DNA from: Octopus sinensis
Lineage: Eukaryota
NCBI RefSeq assembly: GCF_006345805.1
Contig: NC_042997.1
Span: 176,514,001-176,578,000, forward strand
Direction of reading: 5' to 3'
DNA: 64,000 nt
Numbering within the stretch: the first letter of the stretch is position 1; each line of letters begins with the position of its first letter. Both the position numbers and the translations under genes were made by a program. The notes below the pieces were generated by a model. The model was not told the DNA's origin. It did no database searches and saw only the letters and a list, made by a program, of their open reading frames with translations. Below, one piece after another: positions 14,018-27,664 of this stretch.

Positions 14018-17000
14018 TAATATGAACAGTTATGTATAAACTCATTTTGTGCCTATTCTGAAATATGAATACCAGAAAAGATGAAGGGAGAAATTAAATA
14101 TTTTGTAGTATTTAATTACATCCCTTTATGTTCTGAGTTCCAATCCTGCTGTATCAATTTCTTGACAATGAAATAAATACCACTCAAGTATTAGACTTGA
14201 TGTAATCCCCTCAAAATTTGTGACCTTGTACCTGTGTTAGAAAACATTTTCATGGTAGAATTAGTATAACAATGGATACCATTACATTGCTGTATTTAGT
14301 CATGTTCTGAGTTTGGTTTCCATCAGGGTCAACTTTGTTTTTCATCCTTGTAGGATAAATAAAAGTTAAGTACAGGGTCATTCTCATTGACAATACCTTT
14401 CCCCTACAACTTCTTGACCTTATACCTATGTAAGAAATGATAATTATCATGAATTGATACAAAGTTAGCATTCAGTAGCCAATGCTACTGATCAGGTGAA
14501 TATCTTGATAACACTGCATTCTTGTGTAATTTTTTAATAACCATTGATTGCATCTCTATTCACTACATTTGCACAGTAGTAGTATTAAGAGTTTACTATA
14601 TCAGAGGGTAATTTTTCTTTGTAATCACACAAAAACTTTTCATCATAGATGTTTTGTTATTTCACTCTGTAATTGTTTGAATTCACAGAAGGCACTATAT
14701 TGTGATTGCACTATCATTGTTTATTTTTTCCCTCCTTCTCCTCTCAGATATAGGAGACATTTTTAGCATACTGAAAGTATCCAAAAATATTGCACCTTAA
14801 CTGTTTTAGTACACAAGCAAAACTGTGTTATTACACTCTATCATCTGCTTTGGTACAGTGTTTGATATCACCTCATTTTTTGATCACATTCTATATTTTA
14901 TTATACAGGAAGCTATGCAGGTGAGATATTTATGACTGTAATTGTTCTAATGTATAAGAATTTTTTTTACATTGTTTTAAAATACAAATGGAAAACTGAA
15001 ATATTTTCATATATTGTCCGTTGTTTTGAATATGTATAATTTTGAAAAAAAACTTGTAAACTTTTGTTTGGGTTGTGTTAAGAAAAGCTATTATTTTCTA
15101 TCTCTGTGGTTTATTGTTATGAAACTTTTTCTTAAAAGCTCACTAAAAAATCAAGACATAAATTAAACTCACATATGTTCAAAATTAAAGCATATCAAAA
15201 TATTGAAAATAAGTAGAATATAAACAAGGTTACCTTTCAAATACATTTATTTTTATCACATTTTCTAATTAGATTGCAGGTTTTTTAAATTTATAACATG
15301 AAGTCTGTATTCTAAATCTAGTTAAAAATTTTCAGAAATAATCTCAATTATTTGAAATATTTTGAAGAATAGGATTTTTTCAAAAATGCATGTTGTTCTT
15401 TTCTTAAATGCTATTTTGTTAAAGTTAGTTCTCTAATGACCTGTAAAGTGGTTTTCTTACTGAAATATACACTCAACAGGAAACAATTTTTGTCAAAATG
15501 GTATTGTCTCTCAATTTAACATATTGTTGCAATCTTCTAGATCTGTATGGTGTTGGTGAATAATTGTCTCATTAGCTCCCTAAACTATAAACAATATCGA
15601 ATATTTCTCCATTGTCTGTAAAATATGCAATGTTTGAATTTACAGATGGGTTGAGTTCAGAGTTGAAAACCAGTTTCTTTCTAATTTTCTATTTTGTATA
15701 ATTTAATTTTTGCTTGTTCTTTCAAATATTATTGAAATGTGAATTATTTACACTGGGTTATATTTTCTAACTTATAAACTGTAATATACTTACCACAGTG
15801 TTTTGTTGTCCATACAGAAAAAAGGCAGTGTTGCTTTACCATCCAATCTATTAATCTGATTAGATTATAGATGACTATTTTTCTTATCTTTTCATCAACT
15901 TTCTCCCTATTTCCTGTCGTCCATTAGTCCACAGTAGTGATTACTCTCTATATTCTTCACTTAAGAAGGTACCATCACTCTGGTCAGGAGAAGGGCAATC
16001 CATTTACATGATTAAAAATAAAAACAAGCCAAAAAAATGTTATGTTTGTTTGTAATGATATAAGGAAATTTTTAATGTTTTTGCTTGAACCTTGCATCTC
16101 CATTTGTTGGGCATCACCTAGAAAATTCAAATATTTTCTCTTGTCATAACAAACTAACATATATTTCTTGCTTTTGATGTATTGACTCCTGCAGAAAGAT
16201 TTCTACTAGTTTCTTCAAATTTTAATGATGTGAAACTGAAAGTTAAAAGGAGCTGAATGTGGGAAAGCAATTCATGTAGTGATATTGACAATAAAAATGC
16301 TAATATTGCTTCGTTCCAGGGAAACGAAAGTATAAAACATCATACAAGGAAAACTAGATTTTCTCCCATTATGACACTTTATGTAGTCTTCATAAAATCT
16401 TAATTTACTGCACTTTAACAGAAGTATTACTGTCTGATAGACTATACTGATGTTAAAAGGTTCCAAAAGAAGTGCATAACTCTGAGGCAGTAACAAATAT
16501 TTTCTTGATCAATCCTTCAATTTCCCAAACCACAAGAAGTTAGGTTACCAGGATTTTTTTTTTAATGCAAATAGCTCTTTATTCTCTGAAATCATTGCTA
16601 ACTCTCATGGCTATATAATCCATGGTTATTTATCTCTGTCACTGCTGCTCATTATATACATATTAGTTTTACTTTTGGAACAGTAAAATACTAGAGATAG
16701 TTCTCTTAAGTATGTTCTTTTACATCCCACATTTCAAATCTTGTTAACCACTCTAAAACATTGACCACACAGTCCATTACAAACATGTATAAGACAATAC
16801 ATTACACTATCAATTTCAAGAAGTAAAATAGCCAAGTAGATACACCATTAAATTATCAGCTTATTAGTCTTTTGTTATGTATTTGGAAAGTAAGCATCTT
16901 TGTATATGTCTCAGTTCACCAAGTGCTACATGTTTCACATCTATGAATAGTTCCTAAAAGAAAAAAATGTGCTATCAGTACAAAATTCCCCCATTATCTC

Positions 17001-19430
17001 ACAATGTTTCAGGTTCTGTTTGCTGAAAGCTATTGAATATTGCTTTTCCCTAGTTCTCAAATTAATTGAAAGCTAGCTAATTTGGTTGCATAATGGATTG
17101 CAATTGCTACTCCCCAAATTAAAAGTTTTCTTATAGAATTTCCCCTCTTGAAATTAGTTTATTTCCCAGAATGCTGAAATGGCAGAAATGATAGTATTGG
17201 ACTAAATGCCTTGCTGTTTTTAATTTTGTCTCTTTGTGTTCTGAGTTCAAATACCACCAGGATTGACTTTGCTTTTCATCTTTGAGGATTCAATATAACA
17301 AGTGTGAATAATGAACTGGTGGTAAATTACTTTTCTAGAAATTCGTGGTTATGTACCAAAGTTAGACATTAAATTTTTTTTTCTTTTAATGGAACTTGAT
17401 ATTTATAATTGACCTATTGTAATATTTTATAGATTTTTGGGGAAATCATTTCCTATCTTTGTATGATTATTATCCATTCATATATGTTATCATATATCTG
17501 AATGTATAAGATTTAGAAGTTAGAAGAAATATATTCTCTTTTGGGCTAATTTTATATAATACTAATTAGCCTAGGAGAAATTTTAGTAAATTACAGTTGG
17601 ATGACATTTTGACTAATAACAGATATATCACCTCTTAATGTACTATTGCTGGGAGTTAGTATGGTTGGGATAAATTTGAGATATTTGTGTGCACATAGAA
17701 ACAAATATATACTGTAACAGTAATGAAAGGAAGTCGAAGATTGAACCTGGATGCGTTGAGTGAGGTTGAAAGATAGTTGGATGAGAACTGGTTGAAAATA
17801 CTAATACTGTAGTTGGTTAGAACTGAATCAGTTACAAGATAAATATTTAAGACAAACTTCAAAGAAAAGTGCTAGTAGTGATAATAGAAGCTGGTTGTGT
17901 ACATAATACAACACACTCAAGGATCATAATTATGAAGACAATTTATCTAAAGCCCTAAACCCCTGCCTACCTCCCTTAGTATTAATAAACAAAAGTAATG
18001 GGGAAAATATTCAAATGAGAAGTACCATATTTGAAATGAAACCATATCAAAATATCTGTATATGGTCTTCCATAATCTACCATTTTGTTGTCATCTCTAG
18101 GCATTAAGCTTAGCATTCCATATCAACAAACATTCTTCAATTATATAGTATTCCTATTCATTACTTGTCTGCAGTGAGCTGTACTTATCCATAGTAGTTT
18201 TTACAACTAGGGTAGCATTGCATATTGAAAGGTAGTATGCAACTTGGAGAAAGATATTTGAGCTATCAACTCTTTTTGTCCATTGACTAGTGTGTTATTG
18301 ATTCAGACAGTTGTCTAGTCTTCTTACATCACACACAAAAAAGAATCTATCAAATACTCTCTGATATTTGTTACTGCCGTAACTGTTTACTGTACTGCTT
18401 GTTAATAACATATTTGGTGACTGGATGAATATCTAATTATTATAAATTATTTTCAAAATTTGGAAATATGGTATTAATTGCAAACTTTTATGATTAAATA
18501 CAACAAAAGCCTAATGACTCATCTGTTTTCTTTATGATTTACACATAATTATACAATATGAATTGCCATATAAAATGTAATGCAAAATGCTTCCTTATAA
18601 GTTGGAAGCTGCTGCTTATCATGCGTAATGTTATCACTTGGTTACTGTTATTTAATTTAGTCCCAATCTCATTTGCTTAGTGTTAGCATCTACTTGTTAT
18701 TGAAAAGGTTTTATCCCAAAGATGATTGCTATTGTATACTTTATCTGTATTATTTGCTGGGAAACATACCTGTTGATTCATAACAGCAAAATAAAATAAA
18801 GCCTCTATTGCAAAGTCCTAACCTATAAAAAGTATTTCAAAATACAATAAAAGCATTTAGTCTTAGAAAATAAAGCTTTAAATATTATATTCACTGAGAA
18901 ATTTATTTCATATTTTGCAACATTGACAGTGATTCATACTGGTTAACATTTTTAAACATCTGGATCATTCTTCATACATATAAATATAACCATTTTGGTA
19001 TTTAGCATGTAACATTAACCTTAAAGTAAACAAAAGGAAAATTTAGTTGTTACTAATATAAATGCGATAAAAAAAAATCATAACTTGGATATTTTGTCTC
19101 TTCAGAAAATTTATCTCTTCTATGGTGTCTACCTTCACATTTAAGTAGTCATTAGATCTGATATTAACATGAAAATCTTTTTTTCTTTCTCTTATATTGC
19201 AAAAGTAGTTATTACATTATTTTTTACTTTAAATTTTACATGCGCCCACAATTACTGTTCTTTTTCACTGGATAATCATACAGAATATTCACTTACCTTT
19301 GATGTACACATGCTCATATCTGATCATTTTGCTGTCAATTTTGGATTGAAATGAATTTTTATTCTGATTGTAAATTCCTTGTATCATTGATATGTTTTTT
19401 TAAATTTTTTGTGTCTCTTGTTGCTTTCAG

Positions 19431-19599
19431 GAAGGGGCTGATTATGATGTCCCTGAAAACAATCTTTTGAACATACAAGATGAGTTTTCAACACAGTTAA
19501 ATGAAAGTACAAACCAACCAATTGAGCAAAATTCTAATGAACAGGTGGAGACTGCTGTAGAAGCAATGGAAAGTAAACAATATGGAACAAACGAACAAG
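19431..19599 (+). CDS. TRAPPC8: TRAPPC8 coding exon (first visible; phase 0 to 1)
   Basis: ttgctttcag|GAA...CAA G|gtaaat; EGADYDVPENNLLNIQDEF...YGTNEQ resembles the variable linker of human TRAPPC8 (DNNLLSLD); phase fits next exon. Confidence 0.75.
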
Positions 19600-21761
19600 G
19601 TAAATACCTAAAATTGTCTTTTCTTCTCCACTTTTGCAGCATCAACACTTTGTAAGTTTCAGCCAAATTTGTGTTACTATGACTACAGTTTACACTTAGT
19701 GATAAGTGTAAGTTTTACATGTGCCAGCTTAACTTTTGCCTATGTCCATGTAAATGTGCAATTGAAAAAAAAAGTGTTAGGTGCCATGGTGTAGGATATT
19801 CTGAGTTTAGTACAAGAGATTTATGATCAGTTGTACATGAGTAAAGTATGAGTGTATACTGAGTAGTGAAGTAAGGTTTGTCTTGGATGTATGAATGCTT
19901 TTTGTTTTTGTAATGTCTTATTTTATCGTAAATTTAGTTATTGTATGACTTCTTGTATGGTTCATTTCTTTATACTTGTATCAGTTATAGATCTGATTGA
20001 GCAGACTTGTTACTTGAAAGCATTCTTCTGTAATCACTTGCTTTATTTAGAATCAAAGACTATAATACCTAATGCGTTTTATTTTTTAAGGCAGTATAGT
20101 ATGATTTGAGGAAAATTTGGATATGTCCAGCTAGTTGAGGGACCATGTAGAAGCTCCCTCTGTTTTTGCATTTGATGGTGTTGAAAATGGGTTTTTTTTT
20201 GTTGTTTGTTTTCTCTTCACATTTTTTTAGGTGAATTACTAGTTGTGTGTATAATAGTTGTTTTATATTTTGTACATATTTATTTTGATTTTATGTTGAA
20301 AATTGGTTTCTTCAAATACATGTTGAATGTCACTTGTTGCAAAATTTTGGTTGTTGCTAAGCCTTAAGTTGCTGATTTGGTAACTCTGATCAAAAGTGTT
20401 CCTGCTGTGGACATTGCATTTTTTAGTTTGTTAGTCTGAAATGTTAGTGAGGATACAGAAGTGTTTTGTCTTGATTGCAGCATTAAAAAAAATGTTTTTG
20501 TGAGATGACAGATCAGTTTTCCAGTGCACACTGTGTGATTATTGAATAGATGTATACAATTGTTCTAGCACAAGTTTAAAATATCAAGATATTTTTTATC
20601 TTTTGGCTGCTTTGTTCCAATAAAGACCCACAACAATAATTGTATTCATTTGTTAAATGGGTCATGCAGTTCACCCCATCTCATCAACATCTGCTACTCT
20701 TTATTTGCCTACTTCTGTTCTGTGAATACTTTATTTCTTGAGGATATTTTTATTACTGGACACATATAGTTGAGAGATTCACTTCCAATCACATAGTCAA
20801 CTGCACAGTAGCATGAGCAAGTGTTTTCTATTCTCTCAGGCTGACCAATACCATGTGAGAGGAATTGGTAGATGGAAACTGCATAGAACCTGTTGTTTGT
20901 GGGAGAGGAGGGGAGTGTGTGAGCATGTATTTCTGGAAGATGTCATTTTCTCTTCGTATGAGACAAGCTGAACAAAAAGTATTGTGTTTACAATCTCAGT
21001 GAATATGTCTTCTATCACTGTGCTCTTGAAGTTGAATAAGAAAAAAATCCTGTACAGCATAAAGCAAGGAAAGAGTGTTTTACAGCCAGTAAGAGCATCT
21101 GGCTGTAAAATATTGCCTCAAATAAATATCTATCCAATCTATTCCATCATAGAAGAATGTACATAAAACAAATAACTGAATACGAATGTTACCCAGTTAC
21201 TTTCTCTGGTCACATGTTGAATTTCTCTTACAGGCTCATTGAACCTGTAATAAATCACACAAATTATTTACAAATTCTTCATTCTTTATTTACAATGCCC
21301 CTATTTCATTGCCATACAGTAAATAGCAAATAAAACACCCTCCTGTATCATACTTCTGGCACATACATTATACATTGTCTAAATATATAAACTTTGTACC
21401 TTTACAAGCTGTATTATTGATATTGTTGCAATCAAGGTTACAGATTCATGCACAAAAAATTTTTAAATCTTCATCACTATTCTTGTGTTCAGCATGAAGA
21501 TTAAGGAATTTTGTTGTGGATATCCTCTTAAATGTTGTGATAATTATTTTTATCCATTACCCTAACAAGCTCCCCACCCTTTATATTGAATCTAATATGC
21601 AATCATTTCAGGCTAAAATTTTACTAGATGAGAACCTTCTTTGATTATTGGTATTCCAAAGTTCTTTATGCAAGCACATGCACTCATGCACATGCTTATA
21701 TATATATATATTGTAAAGCTGTCAATAACAATGAAATGAAATAACTTCTAAATTTTTCCAG

Positions 21762-22075
21762 TTGGTCTTATAAATTCACCAAACAGTTCCAAGATATTTG
21801 ATCATCCATTAGCCGAAGAAAGCCGCAGTTTAAATGGAAGCATGAATACTATCAATGCATTGTCTCCTGATGGATCTGGAGCAGCCATTTCTGGAGTAGC
21901 CACTACTACTGGTGGTCATTTTATTATTTCTCCTACAGAAAAACCAAAATCTGACCAACATGGCATGTGCCTCACTATTAGTGACCATGACCGATTACGT
22001 ATTTTCATGCATGAATTCTGTGTACGTGCACTCATTCCATGGGCTGAAAGGCAAATGAGAGTTCTTAACGACCAG
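21762..22075 (+). CDS. TRAPPC8: TRAPPC8 coding exon
   Basis: tttccag|..|gtaagt; HGMCLTISDHDRLRIFMHEFCVRALIPWAERQMRVLNDQ matches human HGACLTLTDHDRIRQFIQEFTFRGLLPHIEKTIRQLNDQ. Confidence 0.95.
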
Positions 22076-22479
22076 GTAAGTAATATTGTGTAATATGCAT
22101 GCATGTAATGTAATGTATGTTGTGCTACATATGTTTGTTGTGTAATGTATGTTATATATGTATGTAATATATGTATGCCGTGTAATGCAATATATTTTGT
22201 GTGATGTATGTATGTATGCTATGTAATACAAATAACGTTGTTTGAATTATTTGGTAGTAGCTATGAGTAAGACTCTTCAATGTATTTAAATAGATATTAT
22301 GTAGCAAAGCACATTTAGTTTTACTGAATAGGAATAAGGATTAATATAGAAATATATTTGATATCTGACATAAAATGATTTTGCGCTTTTCATTTTAAGG
22401 ACTCTTTATATTGAGCTAGCCCAGTCATGTTGCTTTAAGTTGTAAACCACTGTATGTGTTTTTTACAGAAGATTTTTAC

Positions 22480-23650
22480 TATCCTTAAAATTCTGTCCTG
22501 CAATAAAGTTTCTTAGTTAAACTGGCTGCCTATGATTTCACCTTGTCTTTCATCTCTCAGCTTGGAAGCTTTGTGTCAGCACCTGTAATAGCAGTTTATG
22601 CCAATGAGCCTCTCACTGATGTGCATCAAGGTTCAATATTGTCCTCCACATTTTCTCTTGTACATTAACAATTTTTTTGCTGCCTCAAACACAATGTTTA
22701 TATCAAAGAGACAATCTTGTACCTAACCGTTCCATGGACAACATGCAGTTAATGCGCTCGTTATCATCATCATCATCATCATCGTTTAACGTCCGCTTTC
22801 CATGCTAGCATGGGTTGGACGGTTCAACTGGGGTCTGGCAAGCCCGAAGGCTGCACCAGGCCAGTCAGATCTGGCAGTGTTTCTACAGCTGGATGCCCTT
22901 CCTAACGCCAACCACTCCTTATTTTACTCTCTAACTTACACTCTTTCTTTTCCAACAAGGGTAGCTGTGTATTTACAACAAGACACCTACCTTCTGTTTC
23001 CCTCTGTACTTTTAATCTCTCAACTAGCACAAAGCCCCCTCCCCTCAATATTACTCCCTCCAGTTGAGGGTTTTTGTCTTTTTTGTCTTCCTAGGTACTT
23101 AGTGACCTTGTTAGTGATGGTATCATGTAAAAAGCACCCAGTACCATTTATAAAGTGGTTGGCATTAGAAAGGGCCTCCAGCTGTAGAAACCATGCCAAA
23201 ACAGACAATGGAACATGATATGGCTCCTGGCCTTGTCAGCTCCCATCAAGCCATCCAAACCTTGCCAGTATAACTTGGTCAGTGTAATGATGATAATGAT
23301 GACAAATAGTTAGCTTCACAGTTTCTGATGGTCTTTCCTGGTAACCCCACTTACAGAAGAATATAGTAGTTAAAACTGCCATGCATTTCAATGGTTACCT
23401 CTTCAGAAAATACCTCAACTTTGACCTCTTGTTAACTCTGTGGATAGAAGCATTTTAGACTGCATCCAAACACTACAACTTTTATTGCTCAGAAATATAA
23501 TTTCTTCTTGCCCTTTCCCTCTGCCTATTTTATTTCTATTACAATGGCTTCTGTTCCTCTGAACTAGCTAACTACATAGCACCTCAACCCAAGTCTACCT
23601 AATAGGCTTCTCTCTTCCACACAAATCATTTTGTCCAATCCTTTCTCCTT
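22480..23650 (+). mobile_element. LINE RT/3' remnant interrupted by two SINEs
   Basis: KLAAYDF...DVHQGSILSSTF (GVPQGSVLSP motif) near 22520-22660 and LCLFYFYYNGFCSSELANYIAP near 23520-23590. Confidence 0.65.
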
Positions 23651-24651
23651 AAAGTGCCAAAAATTCTGAAATTTTCCATCAGCACAATACCTGCAGGCAT
23701 CAACTGCTTCAATCTCAACAGTCTCAGAATGTTTTTAATAGTCATGGTTGTTACTCCTTCCATTTGACTAAGACAATAAAAATATTGATCTTTACTATTG
23801 TGCCTTCTTAAGGCAATGAGTTGACAGTTATTAGAGCATCTGAAAGAATATTGTGTATTATTTGTTCTGGCCCTGTGCACTGAGTTTAAATACTGCTAAT
23901 GCCATTTTTTCTTTCCATCCTTTTGGGAACCTGGAGAAGGTGTTTAAAATATCATATCAGCACCCATATAACTCTCTCAGCAGTTGAGGTCTCAAGGAAA
24001 GAAAGAGTTTGTTATTTAGAGATCTTTCAGCAGTCAGTATACAGAACTGTAGTTGTGCTACCAATGAATTGTCTACCATAATAATATGATAGCCTACATT
24101 CTGACCTCATCATTGTAATAATGGTTGAAGCACTAAAAGTGTTTGTCATATACTCAGAATGAACATATTGTTTAAATGAAAGAGATTTTTTTCCACTCTA
24201 GCTACTACTACCAAGGAACTGTTTCATATAATTGTAGTTTTTTTTTTTTTTTTTTGTGTAGTTAAGCAATCAGTTCTTACTTTGATCAGGAAGACAAATT
24301 TCTACTTAAATATCTTGAAAAATAAAATAAATCTTTACAAAATATTTTGTTTGTTATAGTTGCTTTACACAGATTATTTTATATTATATTTTTATCTTAC
24401 TTGAATTAAAATTAAAAAGATTTTGGTATTTTATTTTTTAAATAAATGTTTGTATATTCTTTAAAACAGAATAGATATTGATTTTAAAAAAAGAATTAAT
24501 CTGTGATATTAAATATAATCCTTTTGAGAAGTTAAAGAAGCAGTCTTAAAAGTTTCCAAATCTCTGTTTATAAAACATGCAAAGATTCTGTGAAGAATAA
24601 TTATCAAATTAGATAACATCAATGAATTTTTTTTTTCATTTTACATTTTAG

Positions 24652-24758
24652 CTGACCTCTAGGAAAGGTTTCCACCGGTCATTCTTTAGTGCAACTCGAA
24701 AGATATTTGGTGGCAAACCTACTGGGCAGATGGTTACTAGTCAGAACACAACAGTTGT
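24652..24758 (+). CDS. TRAPPC8: TRAPPC8 coding exon
   Basis: attttag|..|gtgagt; LTSRKGFHRSFFSATRKIFGGK matches LISRKGLSRSLFSATKKWFSG. Confidence 0.95.
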
Positions 24759-24909
24759 GTGAGTATCAGAATTTTTTAACTGTTAAAATTCATTATTTGC
24801 TTGAGCTTTAGAAACTAAATTTTAAAAATTCTATTTCTTTTTTAATATATAGAAATAGTGATTCCCCAGTATTTTGGCTTTATGAAATATTTTCCTCTTA
24901 TGTTAATTC

Positions 24910-26262
24910 TCTCTCTTTTGCACTCTTGCACTAATTCACTCTCTTGCACTCACTCACTCTCTCTCTCACTCACTCTCTCGCACTCTCTCTCTCACTCTCT
25001 CGCACTCTCTCTCTCACTCTTTGCACATGCTCACTCACTCACTCTTTGCACACGCTCACTCACTCTCTCTTTGCACATGCTCACTCACTCTCTCTTTGCA
25101 CACGCTCACTCACTCTCTCTCTTTGCACACGCTCACTCACTCTCTCTCACGCGCTCACTCACTCTCTTTGCACACGCTCACTCACTCTCTCTTTGCACAC
25201 GCTCACTCACTCTCTCTTTGCACACGCTCACTCACTCTCTCTTTGCACACGCTCACTCACTCTCTCTTTGCACACGCTCACTCACTCTCTCTTTGCACAC
25301 GCTCACTCACTCTCTCTTTGCACACGCTCACTCACTCTCTCTTTGCACACGCTCACTCACTCTCTCTTTGCACACGCTCACTCACTCTCTCTTTGCACAC
25401 GCTCACTCACTCTCTCTTTGCACACGCTCACTCACTCTCTCTTTGCACACGCTCACTCACTCTCTCTTTGCACACGCTCACTCACTCTCTCTTTGCACAC
25501 GCTCACTCACTCTCTCTTTGCACACGCTCACTCACTCTCTCTTTGCACACGCTCACTCACTCTCTCTTTGCACACGCTCACTCACTCTCTCTTTGCACAC
25601 GCTCACTCACTCTCTCTTTGCACACGCTCACTCACTCTCTCTTTGCACACGCTCACTCACTCTCTCTTTGCACACGCTCACTCACTCTCTCTTTGCACAC
25701 GCTCACTCACTCTCTCTTTGCACACGCTCACTCACTCTCTCTCTTGCACACGCTCACTCACTCTCTCTTTGCACACGCTCACTCACTCTCTCTTTGCACA
25801 CGCTCACTCACTCTCTCTTTGCACACGCTCACTCACTCTCTCTTTGCACACGCTCACTCACTCTCTCTTTGCACACGCTCACTCACTCTCTCTTTGCACA
25901 CGCTCACTCACTCTCTCTTTGCACACGCTCACTCACTCTCTCTTTGCACACGCTCACTCACTCTCTCTTTGCACACGCTCACTCACTCTCTCTTTGCACA
26001 CGCTCACTCACTCTCTCTTTGCACACGCTCACTCACTCTCTCTTTGCACATGCTCATTCTCTCTCTCTTTGCACATGCTCACTCTCTCTTGCACTCGCTC
26101 ACTCTCTCTTGCACTCGCTCACTCTCTCTTGCACTCGCTCACTCTCTCTTGCACTCACTCACTCTCTCTTGCACTCACTCACTCACTCTCACACTCACTC
26201 ACTCACTCACTCTCACACTCACTCACTCACTCTCTCTCGCACTCTCTCTTGCACTCTGTCTC
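24910..26262. repeat. 25-bp minisatellite (ctttgcacacgctcactcactctct)n, about 40 near-perfect copies with degenerate flanks
   Basis: Exact 25-nt periodicity read directly over about 25086-26050. Confidence 0.97.
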
Positions 26263-26664
26263 ATACACAAATATATGCATGTGTATAAGTGTATATTAGT
26301 ATAAAAAAACACATATCTAAGTCCCTGTTAGAAAGGTAACCGTTAAGGGATGTAACTCTGGTAAACTTAGCCATTCATTAAAATTTGATAAAATGAGAAT
26401 CAAACTAAATAGAGAGATTGATAAAATTGAATAACATCCTTGAAAACAGCATGGCCGCAATACGACTAAAATCATTAAAACAATATATATGCATGTTTTT
26501 AAATAGCTATCATGACTCTTCCACAGTGTAATTTGTTTTCATTACACAATCTCAGATTAAGTCTACCAAACAAATAGAACTCTGAAATATTTAGGATTTG
26601 AGAAATGTTATTCTCTGTATTAATCCTTAAACTACTTATTGTATCTTCATAATTTCTCTTTCAG

Positions 26665-26815
26665 TTATACAACTGAAGCACCAGAGTTACAGATGCGACG
26701 ACTAGCAGATTTAGCATTCCTTTTCCAGATATATGATTTTGCCTACCACACCTATCAAACTGCAAAAAGGGATTTTAACAACGATCATGCTTGGTTGCAC
26801 TATGCTGGAGCCCTG
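26665..26815 (+). CDS. TRAPPC8: TRAPPC8 coding exon
   Basis: ctttcag|..|gttagt; YTTEAPELQMRRLADLAFLFQIYDFAYHTYQTAKRDFNNDHAWLHYAGAL, a strongly conserved block. Confidence 0.97.
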
Positions 26816-27630
26816 GTTAGTGTGGAAAAGACTTTCATTAGTTATTTGATGTGTCCTTGTTTAGCATCCATCTTCCATGCATTTAAAAAAAAATATTTGC
26901 AAACAAATATTTTTCCTGATATCTTATAGTTCTGAAGAAAATTTACAACTGAAATATATTTTGTCTTCCTTTCTCATTTGTGCAAAGAATTTTTTACATC
27001 CATTTTTTTGCATCCATATATTTTTTACATATATTTCCTGCTTCACAAATGCATTTTATTACATATGTCTGAATTCCTTACAATTGCTAATCACTCAACT
27101 GTAAAGTGAGAGAGGAACCTAATTTTCATCAGACATGCAAACTGGAGCAAGTAGAGCTATGTGCTTTGCTCGGTGGTACAACAGTAGCTTAGTAAAACAA
27201 ATTTGTTTATGGTCAATAGTTCATATAACTTCCAGACATTATTACTGCAGCCATACTCAAACCAGTTAGCAACTGATTAAAGTGAATAATTTCTGAAATT
27301 TACTGTTTACTGTATCTTTACATTTATCTAAAAGAATTTGTTCTTATCACAATGTCTCATGATTTGATCAATATCTATAAAGATTGGCACTAAGCTTACA
27401 CTGGATAGTCTACTTAACTCTGACACTCTTTTACTTGTTTTAGGCATTGGATTGTAGCCGTGCTGTGCACTGCCTTAAAGGGTTTAGTCAATCAACCCCA
27501 GTACTCTTTTCTTTTTCAGTCAAGTACTTATTCCATTGGTCTCTTTGCTAAACTCCCAAGTTATGAGGATGTAAATGAACCAACGCTGGTTGTCAAGTAG
27601 TAGTTGTGGGGACAACACACACATACACAG

Positions 27631-27664
<34 letters not shown>

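Noticed and set aside
1-19430. Search for the preceding TRAPPC8 exon (…LLKINSR…PDPWSQ…)
   Set aside because: No matching codons found; the exon must lie upstream of the window. The only DPW hit (about 51240) belongs to a LINE.
22802-23218. ORFs beginning MLAWVG(R/W)F (also 45352, 48523, 49655)
   Set aside because: Recurrent translation of SINE family C, not a gene family.
24858-26304. Three long ORFs (427-476 aa) rich in HSL/THS
   Set aside because: Stop-free translation of a 25-bp minisatellite in all three frames; intronic, no domain, not a protein gene.
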